Assembly: GCA_010093705.1 (NCBI GenBank)
Contig: MU006097.1
Span: forward strand, 796,298-860,297
Source: Patellaria atrata CBS 101060
Lineage: Eukaryota
Direction: 5' to 3'
Length of the DNA stretch: 64,000 nucleotides
Shown here: positions 49,364 through 63,401 of the stretch, piece by piece
Layout of the letters: every line of letters starts with the position of its first letter
Numbering within the stretch: the stretch's first letter is position 1
Translations under genes and position numbers: made by a program
Notes under the pieces: generated by a model
Database searches by the model: none
Told to the model about the DNA's origin: nothing
What the model saw: only the letters and a program-made list of their open reading frames with translations

Positions 49364-49612
49364 GTTAGATTTGCTATCTTGTCACTATGAGTTCTATTTT
49401 ATTAAAGAAAAGCTTTTATAACTCTTGAAGTTGGAAGTAAGTTTAGGATTGTTAGGGGGCCTGACGGGAGCTGAGGTTGTTGGTCTGTGCATTATGGTTA
49501 TGCTCTGCTGCTCTGTGCGCTGGTTCTACTAGACGACCCGTTAGCTCATTGATTCTTTCCTCCTCTCAACCTTCTCTCACCGTCTCACTCTACTTCATTA
49601 ATCATCTTCATC

Positions 49613-51174
49613 ATGATTATGGATGGGCTACCTATTGAGCTTATAGAACTCATTATTAATGAGCTCTCGGTTGATGATTGGAGACATTTACGCCTAGTAA
49701 ACAAGACACTAGCTGGATTGGCCACCAGAAGGCTTTTTGAAGACTTTCATATGGGACTCTTCGACAACGGAGTTAGGAATCTTTATAATATCGGACATCA
49801 TCCAGAGCTGCGTAATTACGTCAAATCCTTTTCTTTTTATAATGACTTGTTACCCAAGTATATATCCCGTGATGAGTGGGAAGCACACATCGACCTTCGA
49901 ATACCATTTTCCAAGTATTATTGCGGACCCTCGTTGGAACCACGATTAGGAGAGTGTGGTCCGGCGCAAGATATAACAAAACATCTCGGCTATGCTAATT
50001 TTCGTGCGGATGCCCGCGAAGAATATGAGAAACTTCTTCGACATGAGCTCACTGAGTCTGAGCTAGAACAAGGTTGGCGACAGTTTTCCAAGTACCGCTC
50101 TGAACAAGAGCATTGGTTTGATGGAGATAATGCTATGAACTTTATCGTCGGATTATCGAAACTCAATAATCTGCGACACGCCGCGATAAAAATGAGTTCC
50201 GGTATGATTAGGCATAGTTACGTGCCAGTTTGGTCACGGCTCGCCAAGGAGATTTACCAGGAACCGGTGAACTTCAGAAGAAGCAGACGTGCTCAAGTCG
50301 ACACTGGTCCCTGGTCATTAATGAGAGTACAAAATCTCTCCATCTTACTAGAAGCTATTTCCCAAAGAGCGTTGGGGTCCGGCGTACAACACGTTGAAGC
50401 CCTAAGATTCAGCACAGTTGGCGATACTTTCTGGATGAGATTATGGGATGTAGAGCATCACTCGAATACACCGGGCCATACCGAAAAGGTATGCCTCTGG
50501 AATTACTCAAATAACCTCAAATGGTCCGACGCATTTTCCCACTTGACATCTCTGTTTGTCGTCGTTGAGTACTGTGAGGGTAATGATGTGGAGACAACGG
50601 CTAAGGCACTAACGTTATGTCTGAAATCGGCATCCCACCTCCAAAAGTTGAGATTACGCTGGTATCACGAGGACTACGTAGGTCGCTATGCGGACCAACC
50701 CAATCATGACATCCTCGTCTATGTGGAAGACTTTTTATGGCCGAAGCTTCGAAAACTTGAATTGGAAGCAATGGCAACTGATGGTAGGAGATTGTTCGCC
50801 TTTCTTAGCCGGCACTCCAAGAGTCTGCGAAGTCTAAGCTTTGTTGACGTCGAACTCTGTGAGGGTACAGGAACATGGGAAAATATAATTAGGAGGATGC
50901 CTTTAAGATTCACCCTGGATGACATATTGTTGGAATATCTATGGGACGACACATGTAAAGAGTTGGAGGAAGGTGGCCGTTTCTTTGAAGGTTTGGAGGG
51001 AATAGGGTACTACGAGGAAATGGAGGAGTATTGCCTTCATGGCGGAAACTTTCCTATCTTCAATCCGCAGCAATGGTATAGTTTGACTGTGCTGTACAAT
51101 CTCTTTTTGCAGAGACTGACTCTATGTTCAGGTTGGAGCACCGGAAGGAAACAGCAGTACAGCAGAGCTATTGA
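49613..51174 (+). CDS. F-box-like protein (N-terminal F-box, LRR-like C-terminus)
   Basis: LPIELIELIINELSVDDWRHLRLVNKTL; WPKLRKLEL...LRSLSFVDVEL. A likely terminal intron 51076-51131 gives a stop at 51174 (unspliced stop 51229). Confidence 0.75.
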
Positions 51175-52494
51175 GAAATCCCCTCCTATCGGTACCAGCA
51201 TACGGTCCGATCTTCGAACTTCTAAGTGAATGACACCTCTTTATTCTGGCTCTGCAAACGGAAGTCAGATGTAAATCCATATGAATCCACTATTTTAGCC
51301 AAATCCGAATGAGTACGGGAAATGCCCTGGTTGCTCAACCAGATTAACCCACTTAAACGCTTTACATATCCAATAAACAAACTAGACGAGCAGTGAACAC
51401 ACATATAGCTGTACTAGATACATCCCGGTACGGTCTTCCGCATAGTTCTCTATCAACGGTTACGGAGCAGCCCGAAAGCTCTCGCTTGCTGCTCCTTTTG
51501 GCTGCTCCTGCTAGCACTAGTGATGCAAGCGTAAATTGCAGGGCGACCATTCAGGGTTCTCGGACATGGCGTCTTATTTCGGTGTATCTTATAACGGGCC
51601 AGATCTCTTGACTGACATTTCAATTCTGCGGGGCATAATACATTACGTCTTAGAAGAGAAATAGCCAAGCGACTTTGCGGCTCTGCTACATAGCATGTGA
51701 AATACGAGGAAATTAAAGTGCATATGGGAGGGCATCGAGTTCGGTTGTACAGTACTGAAAGTGTGCAGCACGGCAGGCCTGCTCCAGCAGATACTACGTA
51801 AAGTAGCTAGCTCGACTTTCTAGCCCTAATCGGCTAGTCTACGATAATCATCATTATTGGGTTTATAGTTCCAGCAAGAGCCTCTTCCCTTCAGAGCTTC
51901 AGCCTTCCCATAGAATTCCAGAGAGCTTTGTGTATCGAAACCGTTGACCAACCATTCTACGCCACCTTTCTCTAACCTTGCCTTCTTTCTCATCCGTGAT
52001 ACAGCTTGGCCGGATTGGGGTGTCGTGATTATGATCACTGGGGCTGAGCAAGAATGACAAGGCGGGTTGAGCCTCAACGTAGGCGTAAGAAAATCCCACC
52101 ATCTCACTCAGCCCTTGTTTTTTCCAAACGGTGTTACCATCACACCCTCCGCACTTGGAACTACTGGATGAAAAGGATTTTTTGAACCTCCGCTGCCGAT
52201 CAGAAAAGAGCCGCATCCCGTCGACTGCTATGAAGTGGCCGAGTAGATAAGAGCTATCAGTTTTGCACCATGTATCGAACAAGACTGGCCAAGTAGCGAA
52301 GAATTTTCAAGTGAAGTGATGAATGTCGGAACGCACTTTTCATTAAAAAAAACGACATCACACTAACACGTCAATTTGGAACCGGATCACCTCTTTTTTG
52401 TTCTACAGCACTGTCGTCAGCAATGGCGCCTTACCCATAAAGTACAGAGTTATAATACCTCTCATGTATTCCAGGGTGTATGCATCCAAATCCT

Positions 52495-55133
52495 ATGTCT
52501 CGCCGCCTCGACCATCTACCGTTCGATGTCCTATTCTTGGTGTTATCATATCTTAATATCGAGGACAGTTTTCACCTCGGTCAGACCTGCAAGTACCTGA
52601 GTTCAATACTACAGGAGGGAAAGACGTGCCGCAGATTAGTTGAAGTATGGCTACGTATATCATATCCCTTTCCCCGTCGTGGCATTCCTCGTCTACTGTA
52701 CGCTTGCAATCGAAAATAGACCACAACTTCTAGTGTCCGCGGAATCCGGAGAAGTACGACTAAGTCTGGCCGTATGTACGACTTTGATCGTATAGAAACG
52801 GAGGTCGTTGACATCGAAAGGTTAAGGGTCCGCCAGCGTGCGTTCAACAAGCGTACAGGGACTGAGGAATATCATCCGCGAAGGGGGGAGCATGATTAGA
52901 GTAAATGCTGATATATTTCCAGACACGTGCCAAATTTAGTTACGAACATCAGCTTGCTAACGATGGCCAACTCAATTATCCTGAAGCGGCACGGAGAATC
53001 TTTGATAGACGAAGGGCGTTCGCTACAGCCAATCCCTTTTCTGCTTTTGTTGTTGGTTATGGGACATCCTTTATTTATCACGATGGCACACTGTGCTATT
53101 TCGACGGTTACACCATACATGTTCAAGATATGCGTGGATGTTCCAAGATATCCAAGTGCTTCAACATCCGGGACATGCTACAGGCCAGTTTTCATACTAT
53201 AGGACATAACGTCCGTTTAGGACTACTCCATTATAATGAAGGAATACTTACGCTGTTAGCTAAAAGGAGTGAGAGACAAGGGGACAACTGGCTTATAGCA
53301 GTTGATACAGATAGCTCCTCTGAAGATGCCCCGAAGATCCTCGCGATTCAACCTTTGCGGTCTACTTATAAGCTGGTGGTCCGGAATTCAAAGCATTACC
53401 TGTATTATGGAACCTTTACAGGTACGGGAAATGCTGGTCATTCTGAATGGATATTTCAGTTGGTGTCCCTTTTCAATGATAACGCTCAATATCAGCCATT
53501 ACAGCTTCAGAATGTGCTCGGATCTGACGTCGGGAGCACCGTGGCGTTCGAAGTTCATCAGGGATACTTCTACGCAGTTTCGAATGAGACTCATTTCAGA
53601 GGGGAAGGTGGCAATTGGATTAATTTCTACCACTGTATACGTTTTCCAGTAGATAACCCTACCGATGGTGCACTTGAAGTGAACGATCGTGTATATAGGA
53701 GAAAACATACGGACGGGACTATCCACGACTGGTGGACCGACTTGGCTTTAAAGACCGACGAACACACCGGCGAGCTACTGATTGTGGAACATCGTCGAGA
53801 GTGGTTGATACCGCACGTTAGCGAGAAGAAAAGAACTTTCTACCAGCAACGTATGACTTTCGCCTCGGATGTTCATGAAGAACACACTGATTCTGGACCA
53901 CCATCCCACGATACCCCGTTAGAGGTGCCAGTGGAATTATCTCCATGCTCTGACCTTGCGGAATTCGAAAGAGAACAGTACATGAACTATGACTTATCAA
54001 ATAAGCCACTGAAATCCCATCCGGAATATGGCTTCTCGGATGATCCGCCGCACTTTGGGACTTCAAACAAGTTCCGAACGTATAATTTGTCCTGTAGTAC
54101 CTTTTTAGATATAATCCAAGATACCAGACAGTACAGTTCAATCGACCCAACAGGGATCACGGTCAAATGTCTACGGTTAAGAGTAGGTTCAAGGAGCCGA
54201 GCGCCACTCGCATCTCAAAAGCTCCCTGCAGAAGTCGTACCATCCTCTGCGTCAAAGGGAAAAGAGAAAGCAAAAATGCCCCGGTATATGGATTGTGGCA
54301 GATATCGTTATTCAAGAATCACACTTTGGCCCCCTGAACATCGTACTCAACTCCCTAGCATCTTCACATACACCTCCAAACTTGAACCTGATCATCTTTC
54401 TGGCACAAAGGACCGATGGGTCATAGGCTGGTCAACTCTAGACCACTCATTGAAAGCTTTGGACGAGATGGATATCAAAGCCGCAGCAGACGAACGCTTG
54501 GTCGTAATCATGCCCCACCCTAAACTTGACGATGATCAGTCTAAAGACTTCGCCGGCAATCCCATCATCGTCGTCAGTTTCGATCCTGGGATCAAAGCGG
54601 AAGACTTCCAACCTGTTCGTAGATCCGGCCTTCCAAGGCTTCTAGCATGGGCACCAGATTCATCTCGATTACAAGACAGAAAAAGCATACCTGGATCATC
54701 TAGAGAAAAAGAGGATAATAATATGAAGGGAATACAACTAGCCACCCCTAATGCACTTCCCATATCCCGAACTGTACCAGTTAGGGGCAGCAACACTATT
54801 GCCCCTCAGCTAGACCGCGACGAGAACGATGATGGGATGTCAGACTCCGTATCGCTTGGCTCAGTAGGTGACCTAGATTTCGGAGACGGTTGGGATATGG
54901 AAAATGATGAAATAGAAGAAACCGAACCCCCGTCATTCCACGACTTGGACACCACGGTGCCGACTCCTAATCAGGGGGAAGAGGTTGTAGTACCAGGGCC
55001 TAGTACGGCATCAAATTTTACCAGACGTGTAGATGAACATGACGATGAAGATGAGGGAAGGGGTAGCGGTGATGTTCCGATTCCAACTGGTACACCGTTT
55101 GACCTTTGGTTACATAGAAATAGGCATACATAG
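52495..55133 (+). CDS. F-box domain protein (fungal family with YRRxHxxGxIxDxWTDLxL motif)
   Basis: Exon 1 LDHLPFDVLFLVLSYLNIEDSFHLGQTCK; phase-0 intron 52645-52922 joins the 52905-55133 ORF in frame; GSDVGSTVAFEVHQGYFYAVSN. Confidence 0.8.
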
Positions 55134-55750
55134 CTGAAGAAGCTTATCGGGGTCTGGGTTGTAGTGGTTTTAGTCTGGACTTCAAATTGATCCCAGATAC
55201 GGATTCATAAGTATAAGGTACTACGGTTGTATGCCAGCTTCCTGTAATACAAGAGGATAATCGTAGCATGATGGTGGATTCCTAGGGGTGTTACCAAAGA
55301 GTGATAAGGTGCAAGGGGAGTAAGGGTATTGAAGGCAATAAAATGAATATGTTGTTGATCAATCAAATAGAATTCGTTGGTATCTTCACGCCCCTGTCCT
55401 TTGCTGATGCTATGATAATACAGTGTTACTCTACGCCAGACTGGTGAGGCTTGATAATTGAGGCTGAGTGAGATCTTAATCGTCCTCCACTTCATCCAGG
55501 TCAACACACTCCGTCTCCATTAATTGCATCTCCCTCTTAACGATTAACTAGTTCTTGAAGCTTGGTGACTATCCTCGACCATAATATGCTTTTTGGCGAC
55601 AACTGATGAAATTTTGAAGGTTTCCGAAATCCCCGAAAGCCAGTCTCCCGCCGACGTCCGCAGCGGACTAACGTCATCTCCTCAATTTTATTCACATCGC
55701 TCAACTTTCCATTTCTCCACCGCAACAAACTAAATTCCAGATCGCGCGTC

Positions 55751-56941
55751 ATGTCTTACGGCAATTATCAACAGTATGGAGGAAACCCGTACGGCGAGAG
55801 TGGCGAGAATGGTTACGGCGCGTCGAATCCGTACGGTGGAAGCTACACCACTGTAAGCGCGCTTTCTGACGCTCAATAGCTCCCAAATTATCTATCAATT
55901 GCTAAAACAACACTCCGTTTACAGTCGAACCAAAATATCGCGGCTCCTCAATTGACCCACGAGACATCCAACTACTCCCAACCATCACAGTACTCCGAAG
56001 CCACACCTATGCCGACCCAACAACAATATCAACAACAGCAGCAACAACCATCTCCACTCCAGCAACAACAGTATCCCCAATCCCAACCCACGATCCTCAG
56101 CAACCAAGACTTCCTCGCCCGCATCAATGCCACCAAATCCGACATCCAGCGCCTCACATCCCAAATCGCGGAAATCGGGACCCTCCACCAGCGCGCCCTC
56201 TCCGCGACCGACAGCGGCAGCTCCGCAGCGCTCGAGCACCAAGTCACGCAAACGCAGATCCTTAACACGCGCATCAAAGACCAGATCAAGGCGCTCGAGA
56301 CCGACGCCGCGCGCTCCGGGCGCAACGTCACCAAGGACTCCCAGGTGCGCACCCTGAAGCAGACCTTCAAGGCGCAGCTCGAGGACTTCCAGCGCGAGGA
56401 GTCGGAGTATAGGAAACGCTACCAGGAGCAGATCGCACGGCAGTACCGGATCGTGAACCCGGAGGCGAGCGAGGACGAGGTCGCCGAAGCAGCGAGGGCG
56501 GATTGGGGCGACGAGGGCGTTTTCCAGACCGCCGTAAGCCTTACCCTTAACCCCCTTCCTCTTCCCTTCCGATTCTAAGACATAACGCTAACCCCCGTCA
56601 AGCTCAAATCCAACCGCACAGGCCACGCGACATCCGTCCTCGGCGCCGTCCGCGCCCGCCACAACGACATCCAGAAGATCGAGCAGACGCTGCTCGAGCT
56701 CTCGCAGCTCTTCGCCGAGCTCGCCGAGGCTGTCGTCGTGCAGGAGGAGCAGATCGTCCAGACGGAAGAGCAGACCCACCAGGTCATCGATGACACCGAG
56801 CAGGGGAACAAGCAGCTCGATCAGGGTATTAAGAGCGCGCGACGAGCGCGGAAGATGAAGTGGTGGCTTTTGATCGTTTGCGTGCTTATTGTTGCTATTA
56901 TTGCGTTGGCGCTGGGGTTGTATTTTGGGTTGAAGAAGTAG
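55751..56941 (+). CDS. Plasma-membrane syntaxin (Sso1/Sso2-like Qa-SNARE)
   Basis: RQYRIVNPEASEDEV, VRARHNDIQKIEQTLLELSQLF, SARRARKMKWW plus C-terminal TM; introns at about 55853-55924 and 56534-56602; N-terminal polyQ stretch. Confidence 0.92.
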
Positions 56942-57126
56942 GGGTGGTGGGGATGGATGGGGAGGGAGGGTTTGGTATCGTACGAAGCAAGGGCTGGACA
57001 GAAGATACTGATGCTACGGGGGAGGATGTAATGGTTTGAATGAAGGCGCGGATGGTCTTGCAATGAAAAGAGCGCAGTATCAAGGTGGATAGGTAAAGCG
57101 AAGCGGTAAATAAAATAATGTTTGTT

Positions 57127-57147
57127 TTCTTCTTCTTCTTCTTCTTC
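57127..57147 (+). repeat. (TTC)7 microsatellite between SSO and NUP188
   Basis: ttcttcttcttcttcttcttc read directly from the sequence. Confidence 0.8.
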
Positions 57148-57425
57148 CGCGTACATGCTGTAGAGGTATTTTAATCAGTTAAAACTTTCACGTCTGTGGG
57201 TTGGGATACTCTTCACTTTGTAACTCTGCTTCGCTTCCTCTCTGTTTAGTTCTCATTCGGTTGAAAAGTATATCGGTGTGCTGTAAGCGGACGATAAGAA
57301 TCGATTAAAACAAAGCAGCATCATGTAACAAGAACCGTTTCCATTTTGTACTCAGATATCTATCCTACAATAACCAATCTCAACATCCCAACGCCTGGCT
57401 TACCCAACAAACCCAGCAAGAAAAC

Positions 57426-60400
57426 CTACGGCGCAAACCCGCCATTACTATTCAGGCACTCCAGCGCAGCGACCAACTCGCCGATAACGCGTTCCTCAAG
57501 CCTACTATCAGCACCGCTCTTCATATCCCTCGGCTTCATCTTCGCCATCTCGACCTCCCGCTCCGAAGAGGGGACGATCCTCTCCCTGAGCCCCTTGCGC
57601 CCTTGCAACCAGCCATCCACGTCCTCCTTGATGGCCGCCTTATCCCAATCCAGGGACGGGATGTCCGTGGTGATGATGCCCGCGCCCGCGCCACCCTCGC
57701 GGACCTGGTCGATGACGACGGAAAGGAGACTGAGAGAGTGGACCTCAGACGCTAGACCTAACGTGATACCTGTCCTCCCCGTGTCGGAACTCGGCTGCAT
57801 AGCGTGCGGCTTGCTGAATGCGGTGGCGGCGCGCGCGAGCTGGCTTGGGAACTGGTTGAGGAAGGCGGCGATCTCGGCGGCGATGGTGGCGCCTACCGCA
57901 TCGAGAAGATTCAGACAGAGAGGTAGCAAGCCACGCGTCCAGATCGAGTATACCCTCGTCGGCTCATCGAAGGGACCCATCCCTTTGGGTCTGCGGAAGT
58001 AATTGATTATGGTCGCGCTGCTGAGCTGAGACAGGATGCCCTCGACGGCTAGGCTTTCCGCTACGGGACGTACGCTTGAGAGCTCGAGCAGGAAGAGGAT
58101 GCTGAGTTCGCCGTATATGGGATCGCGGTCGATGGCGAGCTCGTGGGACCAAGAGAAGAGGCTTGCGGCGTACCGACTGACGTTGTAATTTGCGAGTTGC
58201 AGCGAGATTTGGGAGTGGAGAGTATTGATGTGTGGGATGCGGAGGATTGTCTGGAAGAGGGCTGTGAGGAGTACGAAATCATCTGCAGAACAGCTTTGAG
58301 GGTTATCGTGGAGCTGGTTTGATAATGCTCTGAAGCCCTGTGCGATGACCTTTGATAGTATTTCCATGATTTCGGATGCTCTTTCAGGTCGCCTGTCTCT
58401 TGATTTTAAGCCTTGAGAAGTAGGAGCCGCGGTCTGGGAGGGAATATGAGGATGAAGAGAGAGGAAGAGAATCCTAATGAGTGAACGATAGTAATGTGCA
58501 TCTTCGCCTGTGAACGCAGTCTCGAAATCTACGCCGGACTCCCGAATTGCCTCCCAAGTGACGTCGAACAAGGCTTTAACTTCTGGATCACTAGATTTGG
58601 TGTCGACCAACCTTTGCGTGATAGTAAAGGCTAGATCGATACGTGTCTTTATGAGCCTTTGGAAGACTGGTTGAGGTACTCTAGACAAGGAATTGGCTCG
58701 TAGACAATCCCCAGCGACATGAGCCAGCACTCTTGACAGACGTTGGTCTTCCTTCATCAGATAGCTCAGCTCCGTGGCTAAGAGTTTCCAGCTGTTCACC
58801 AAGCTGACCTGGGCGTCGACAAGTGACAGATTAACATTTGCTCGAGCAAATTCGTTCACAAATCCGTCTTGCTTCTTCCCTACCCATGCTTGATCAAACC
58901 TGAGGACGGTCGACGCAAAAGTGAGGTCGTAAAAGAAGTTGGCCCCGAATTTAGACCTTGTGATTAGTGTGCGTTTGAAACTCGATATTTTACAGCCATT
59001 AAATTTCTTCTCGACGTTGCTTTTCAATTGGGTATGCAAGGAGCTGTTATAGTCTGGGACTCGCACACCGTTGTTCTTGAAATAAGCCACGGTGCTACCC
59101 AAATCTTTCAACATGGAGACGTCTCCACCGCGCCGTGCACTATGAAGATACATGGCGAGAATCTCCGAGATACACGAAGCGACCTTTAATTGGCGACATG
59201 TCGTTATAGTTCGTGAAAAGTCGACTTCTTTCCAGTCTGGTGCTGGTAGACTTGCTACAAAATCCGCTAGACGCTTCAACACATGAGGATGAGAACTTAA
59301 GTCATTCGTTGCCCATGGCCAATGATTCTGAGCTGTGATTACAAAGTCCAATATTGCTAGAGTCCGGTCTGTATCTAGGGACGCAATCTCCGATAGTTCA
59401 TCTAGTGCAAGCTTAAGAACGGGTTTCGCGCCTGATGCAGCCGATGACGGGTCCTTCTTTCTAAGGGACTCTCTCGCAGTTTGACCAGTCAACAAGTAGA
59501 TAGCAAACCACTGTTGACGGTTGCCGACAACTGCGGATAGAAGATTCCACACGCTGAGCTCGGTTGCTTTGTCGTACTCAGGACCGGTCAGACCGGACAA
59601 TAGGCTCAGAAAACATTTCGCTGTTTCAGGCCCCATGTGGCCCAGTAATGAAGGCGGCTCGTCAGCCCCTAAAGCTGCATTTCGAACCAAGGTCTCAAGT
59701 AAGACACAGGTAGGTGCTCTAAGCGATACTCTACCAGCAAAGATGCGTGCTAAAACCGGAGAAGCGTTGAATAGCTGTTTTTGAAGATGAGATCTCTGTT
59801 GCCCTAACAGAATACTAACACGGAGTATAGTTGTTAAGAAGGATAAAGAGGTATGTGTTTGGTCAACATAAGCTTGCACTAACCCCTGGAACAGGGTGGA
59901 AGTGGGCTCATCAGCGGTCGCCATGAGTGTTTCTATAATCGGATTGATTGGGAGGTTGTTAGTTGAAGGTGAAAGGAATATTGCGACGAGATATTCCGCT
60001 GACGGTGCGAGGATTGCGGTGAGTTTCTGATGTATATTTTTATTATCGTCAAAGCCATATACGTATTCGAGGATCTCCGTGAAAGCAGTCATAATACTGG
60101 TATTGATCGTTAGTTTTTGCTCCTCAATACTGAATCTCCAATTCGGTAAACCCTCAAAAACCCCTATCATGGTCTTGGTGAAAGATACGAGGATTCTCCC
60201 CATAGACTTTTCTGAGGAACCACTTGAGGAAACCAACACGGATTCGAATCTAGTTAAGGCTTTACTGGTGGACTTCCGTGAAACCCCATAGGTAACAACA
60301 TCAAAGATTAGAGCCTCGAACATATGGATACATCCAATGAGGAAATCGTATCGCCCGACAACTATCTCTGAGGATCCAACAACAATGGCAAGTGTCCCTC

Positions 60401-63012
60401 CGCTTCCGTCGATGTCTAGTAATTCACTTCGGGAAAGAAATGGCCAGATCCTATGGGGTACTATTGTAGCTAGGATGGATATGCAATGTGAGCAACTCGC
60501 TAGAAGTTCTAGAGAAGATTCTTCGGCAACTTGATTTCGTTGTCGTTGGAGCTCTTGCTCAAATATATCCAATATGATACTGACAACATCGCGTTCTCGT
60601 TCGAACCCAAGACTTGCGTTGTTTAGGATTCCTTGTGCTGCACTACGTGATTCAGTAGGGTTGATACCTGCCCTAATCCTGTAGGCAGCAGGGCTCAGTA
60701 GAGAAGCAAACAAAGCAACGATCTCAGCTGCCAGTTCGATGCTGATAGGACTGTTAGTCAGATACTCAACTGTCTCACTACCCGTGACTAAGGTGAACAG
60801 AAGCCGTGCAAGATATCTCAGTGCGGAATACTTCGAAGCCCAACTGACAACCGGCGGCGTGGAGGAATCATCAGCAATAATACCGTCAGTCTGTGGGGGT
60901 ATGAAACACCAATCATCCTCCTCTAAAGAATTAGCTAGAACAAGAGCTTTACTTGGATGAGGACCGTTTTTAGACTGCCAGCGCCTCGAAAATAAGGGAA
61001 GTGGCCCAGTAGAGCGAACGAAACCCGCATTCTCGTCATCCCTCATTGTTTCGAAACCACCAAATTTCACCGGTAAGGTCTGAGTGTACTGGTGCATATC
61101 CTCCAACGACTGAGTAATACAGCGTGCCATATACTCGTCGCTTTCATTACCAACCAGGAATGCTCGACAAATTTTCAAAAATGGTAAAGTCTCGTGTGGA
61201 AAACGGCTCATTGCTTCATCGAAGATGCGGCGCCTTAAAACATCATCTTCGTAAAACTTGTGGGCAACATCATCTATGAGTATGGATCGATGATGTCCAG
61301 GGGTAACTGGAGAACGAGCCCCAGAAATGATTGCCAGTGCAGCCAGTACAATATCTCCTGAATATTGGACATAATCCAGACTCCTGCAGAGAAAGTCAAG
61401 AAGAGATAATCGCAGGTGATTCTCCAGGTCTTTATCGGCATATCCGCTAAAAGCTGTAGAAAATATGGTGCTCATCTCTGCAATCATGGAGTATCCCTGA
61501 CATTGATCAGCTGCAAAGCGGGCCAGGCGCGGTACTATATCCGCCGTATCCGTTCCCATGGCTTCCTCCGCATCAATAAAAGCTTTTGCAACTGGATTCA
61601 AAGATTGTTTTGAACGACCATCATCAATCAGACTCTGTGCATATCCTCTAATCTCGCCCAGGAGAAAGCTCCATGCTAGGATTGAGGGCACCATGGGGTT
61701 GGGGCCTGCATCCATCGCTTTCAACAAGACGTTCGTCAATTTAGTGATTGATGGTTGGTGGGTGAGAAATTCTACCGATTCCTGTGACTGGCTAGTAGTT
61801 TTCACCTCCCCAGCAAAAGCTGCGTTCAGGTACGACTGGCAAACGCGCATATTCATGAGATCCAGAGATACTACGGCAAGGAGACTTTGTAATAGCGCGA
61901 GTAAATGTTGTATGCTTGGAATCTAAGAATGAAATCAGTTAAGCTCTAGTAATAGAAATATTAAGTGCATTACCAGTGTCAATTCGGCGAAAAAAGAGTA
62001 ATCGGCCGTGAAATTGAACCAGGACTCTATATCCTCGGAAGTTGATACATCATCTTTGTATCGAAGGAGGACGTAGAGACTTTGGAGCAAGTGTATTACT
62101 ATCAGAATTTGTGTCTGGCGCCAAATAGATTCAAAGTCGATATTCTCATCAGGACCAGTATCAATTCCACATCCCTTCTCATAATTTTCGAAACAGCCGC
62201 GCAAAGCTTGAACGTAGCGGCTAACAGTGTGATTGACAATGTTCGATTTTGGTCTTATAAAATCCACAAGTTTTCTTCCAATCAGAATTAACGGATTCTC
62301 TTTCCAAATTGATTCATTTTCTGTTCGGGTGGAACTGAAACCTATGCGGAAAAGAATCTCACTAACTCTAATGACATGCACTCGTTCGGAAAGATACAGT
62401 GTCCAGATACGAAATCGCCTCTGAGTTTGAGAAGAGGAGGAATCGGGATTCATTTGTACGGGTGCTGTGATTATCGAGGATCCTGGGAGAAATGTGCAAG
62501 CACCGAAATTCAACGTCCCAGCAGCATCCTGAACGCTAATTACTTCCTCCTCCGTGAAACCGCTCAATAGTCGAACTTTAGACCTGTTTTGCCATTCTAG
62601 AATAGCAATTCTGAGCGATATTACTTCGTCTAATTTTGCCTTTGCAGAGAGCCATAGTGCATCCTCCTTGATCTGATTGATATCGAAACGTCCTGCACCA
62701 GACTGGGGAATATTTATCACCGCGGTTTTCGCATCGAATTCTTGCTTTGACCCTTGGTTATTCGCTGGGAAGGGCTGTAGTGGTTCGCGATATATTTTAA
62801 CTGAAGGCTTCTCGACTAGAAATTGGATGATGGCATGGCTGGGCTTTGGTGGAGAGGTGGCAGAAAGTCCTTCGTATACAGCTTTCCATGATCTGAATGG
62901 CTGTCAGTAGATATCATGATCAAAAAGGAAAGCAACATTACAGTAATGGTGACTGTCCACTCAGGCACTCATCTAGCGGAGGTAAATACTTGGACTTTGG
63001 ATCGGGCGTCAT
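57426..63012 (-). CDS. NUP188: Nucleoporin Nup188/Nup184
   Basis: YLPPLDECL...LSWKA; FDINQIKEDALWLSAKAKLDEVISLRIAILEWQ; FGANFFYDL; ANVNLSLVDAQ; DPIYGELSILFLLELSS; about 1800 aa. Exons 63012-62942, 62892-61974, 61922-57426. Confidence 0.88.
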
Positions 63013-63401
63013 GGTTGCGCTTCAGTCAGCGCGATTGGGAAAAACACGAGATTCCATGAGGATAAGGAATTTTTTCAGGCGATTCGAGCTAAGGTCTGAC
63101 GCAGTATGCGATGTGGACCTCAGCAATCGCGACTCATTAACATGAGGGTTGAAATCACGCTCATGTTTATTTCGCTGTTTGCTACGCAGAACTGCGTTCT
63201 TGTCACATCTCGCTTGCCGTGAAGCTTGAACGTCACTCCAGGTCAAGAGTCAACCTTATGCACCACGTTTCCTCAATATATATCTTTCTAACAAATTCTC
63301 CTTCCTCTGAGCTTTTCTGAATCACCTTTCTTCCTCTCACTCAGTTCATGTAGAAAATCTCTCTTCAAATTCCTCACCTAATATTTGGTCATTCTTTCAT
63401 A

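Noticed and set aside
51222..52282. Short minus-strand ORFs between the two F-box genes
   Set aside because: No recognisable motif and no consistent splice structure joining them.
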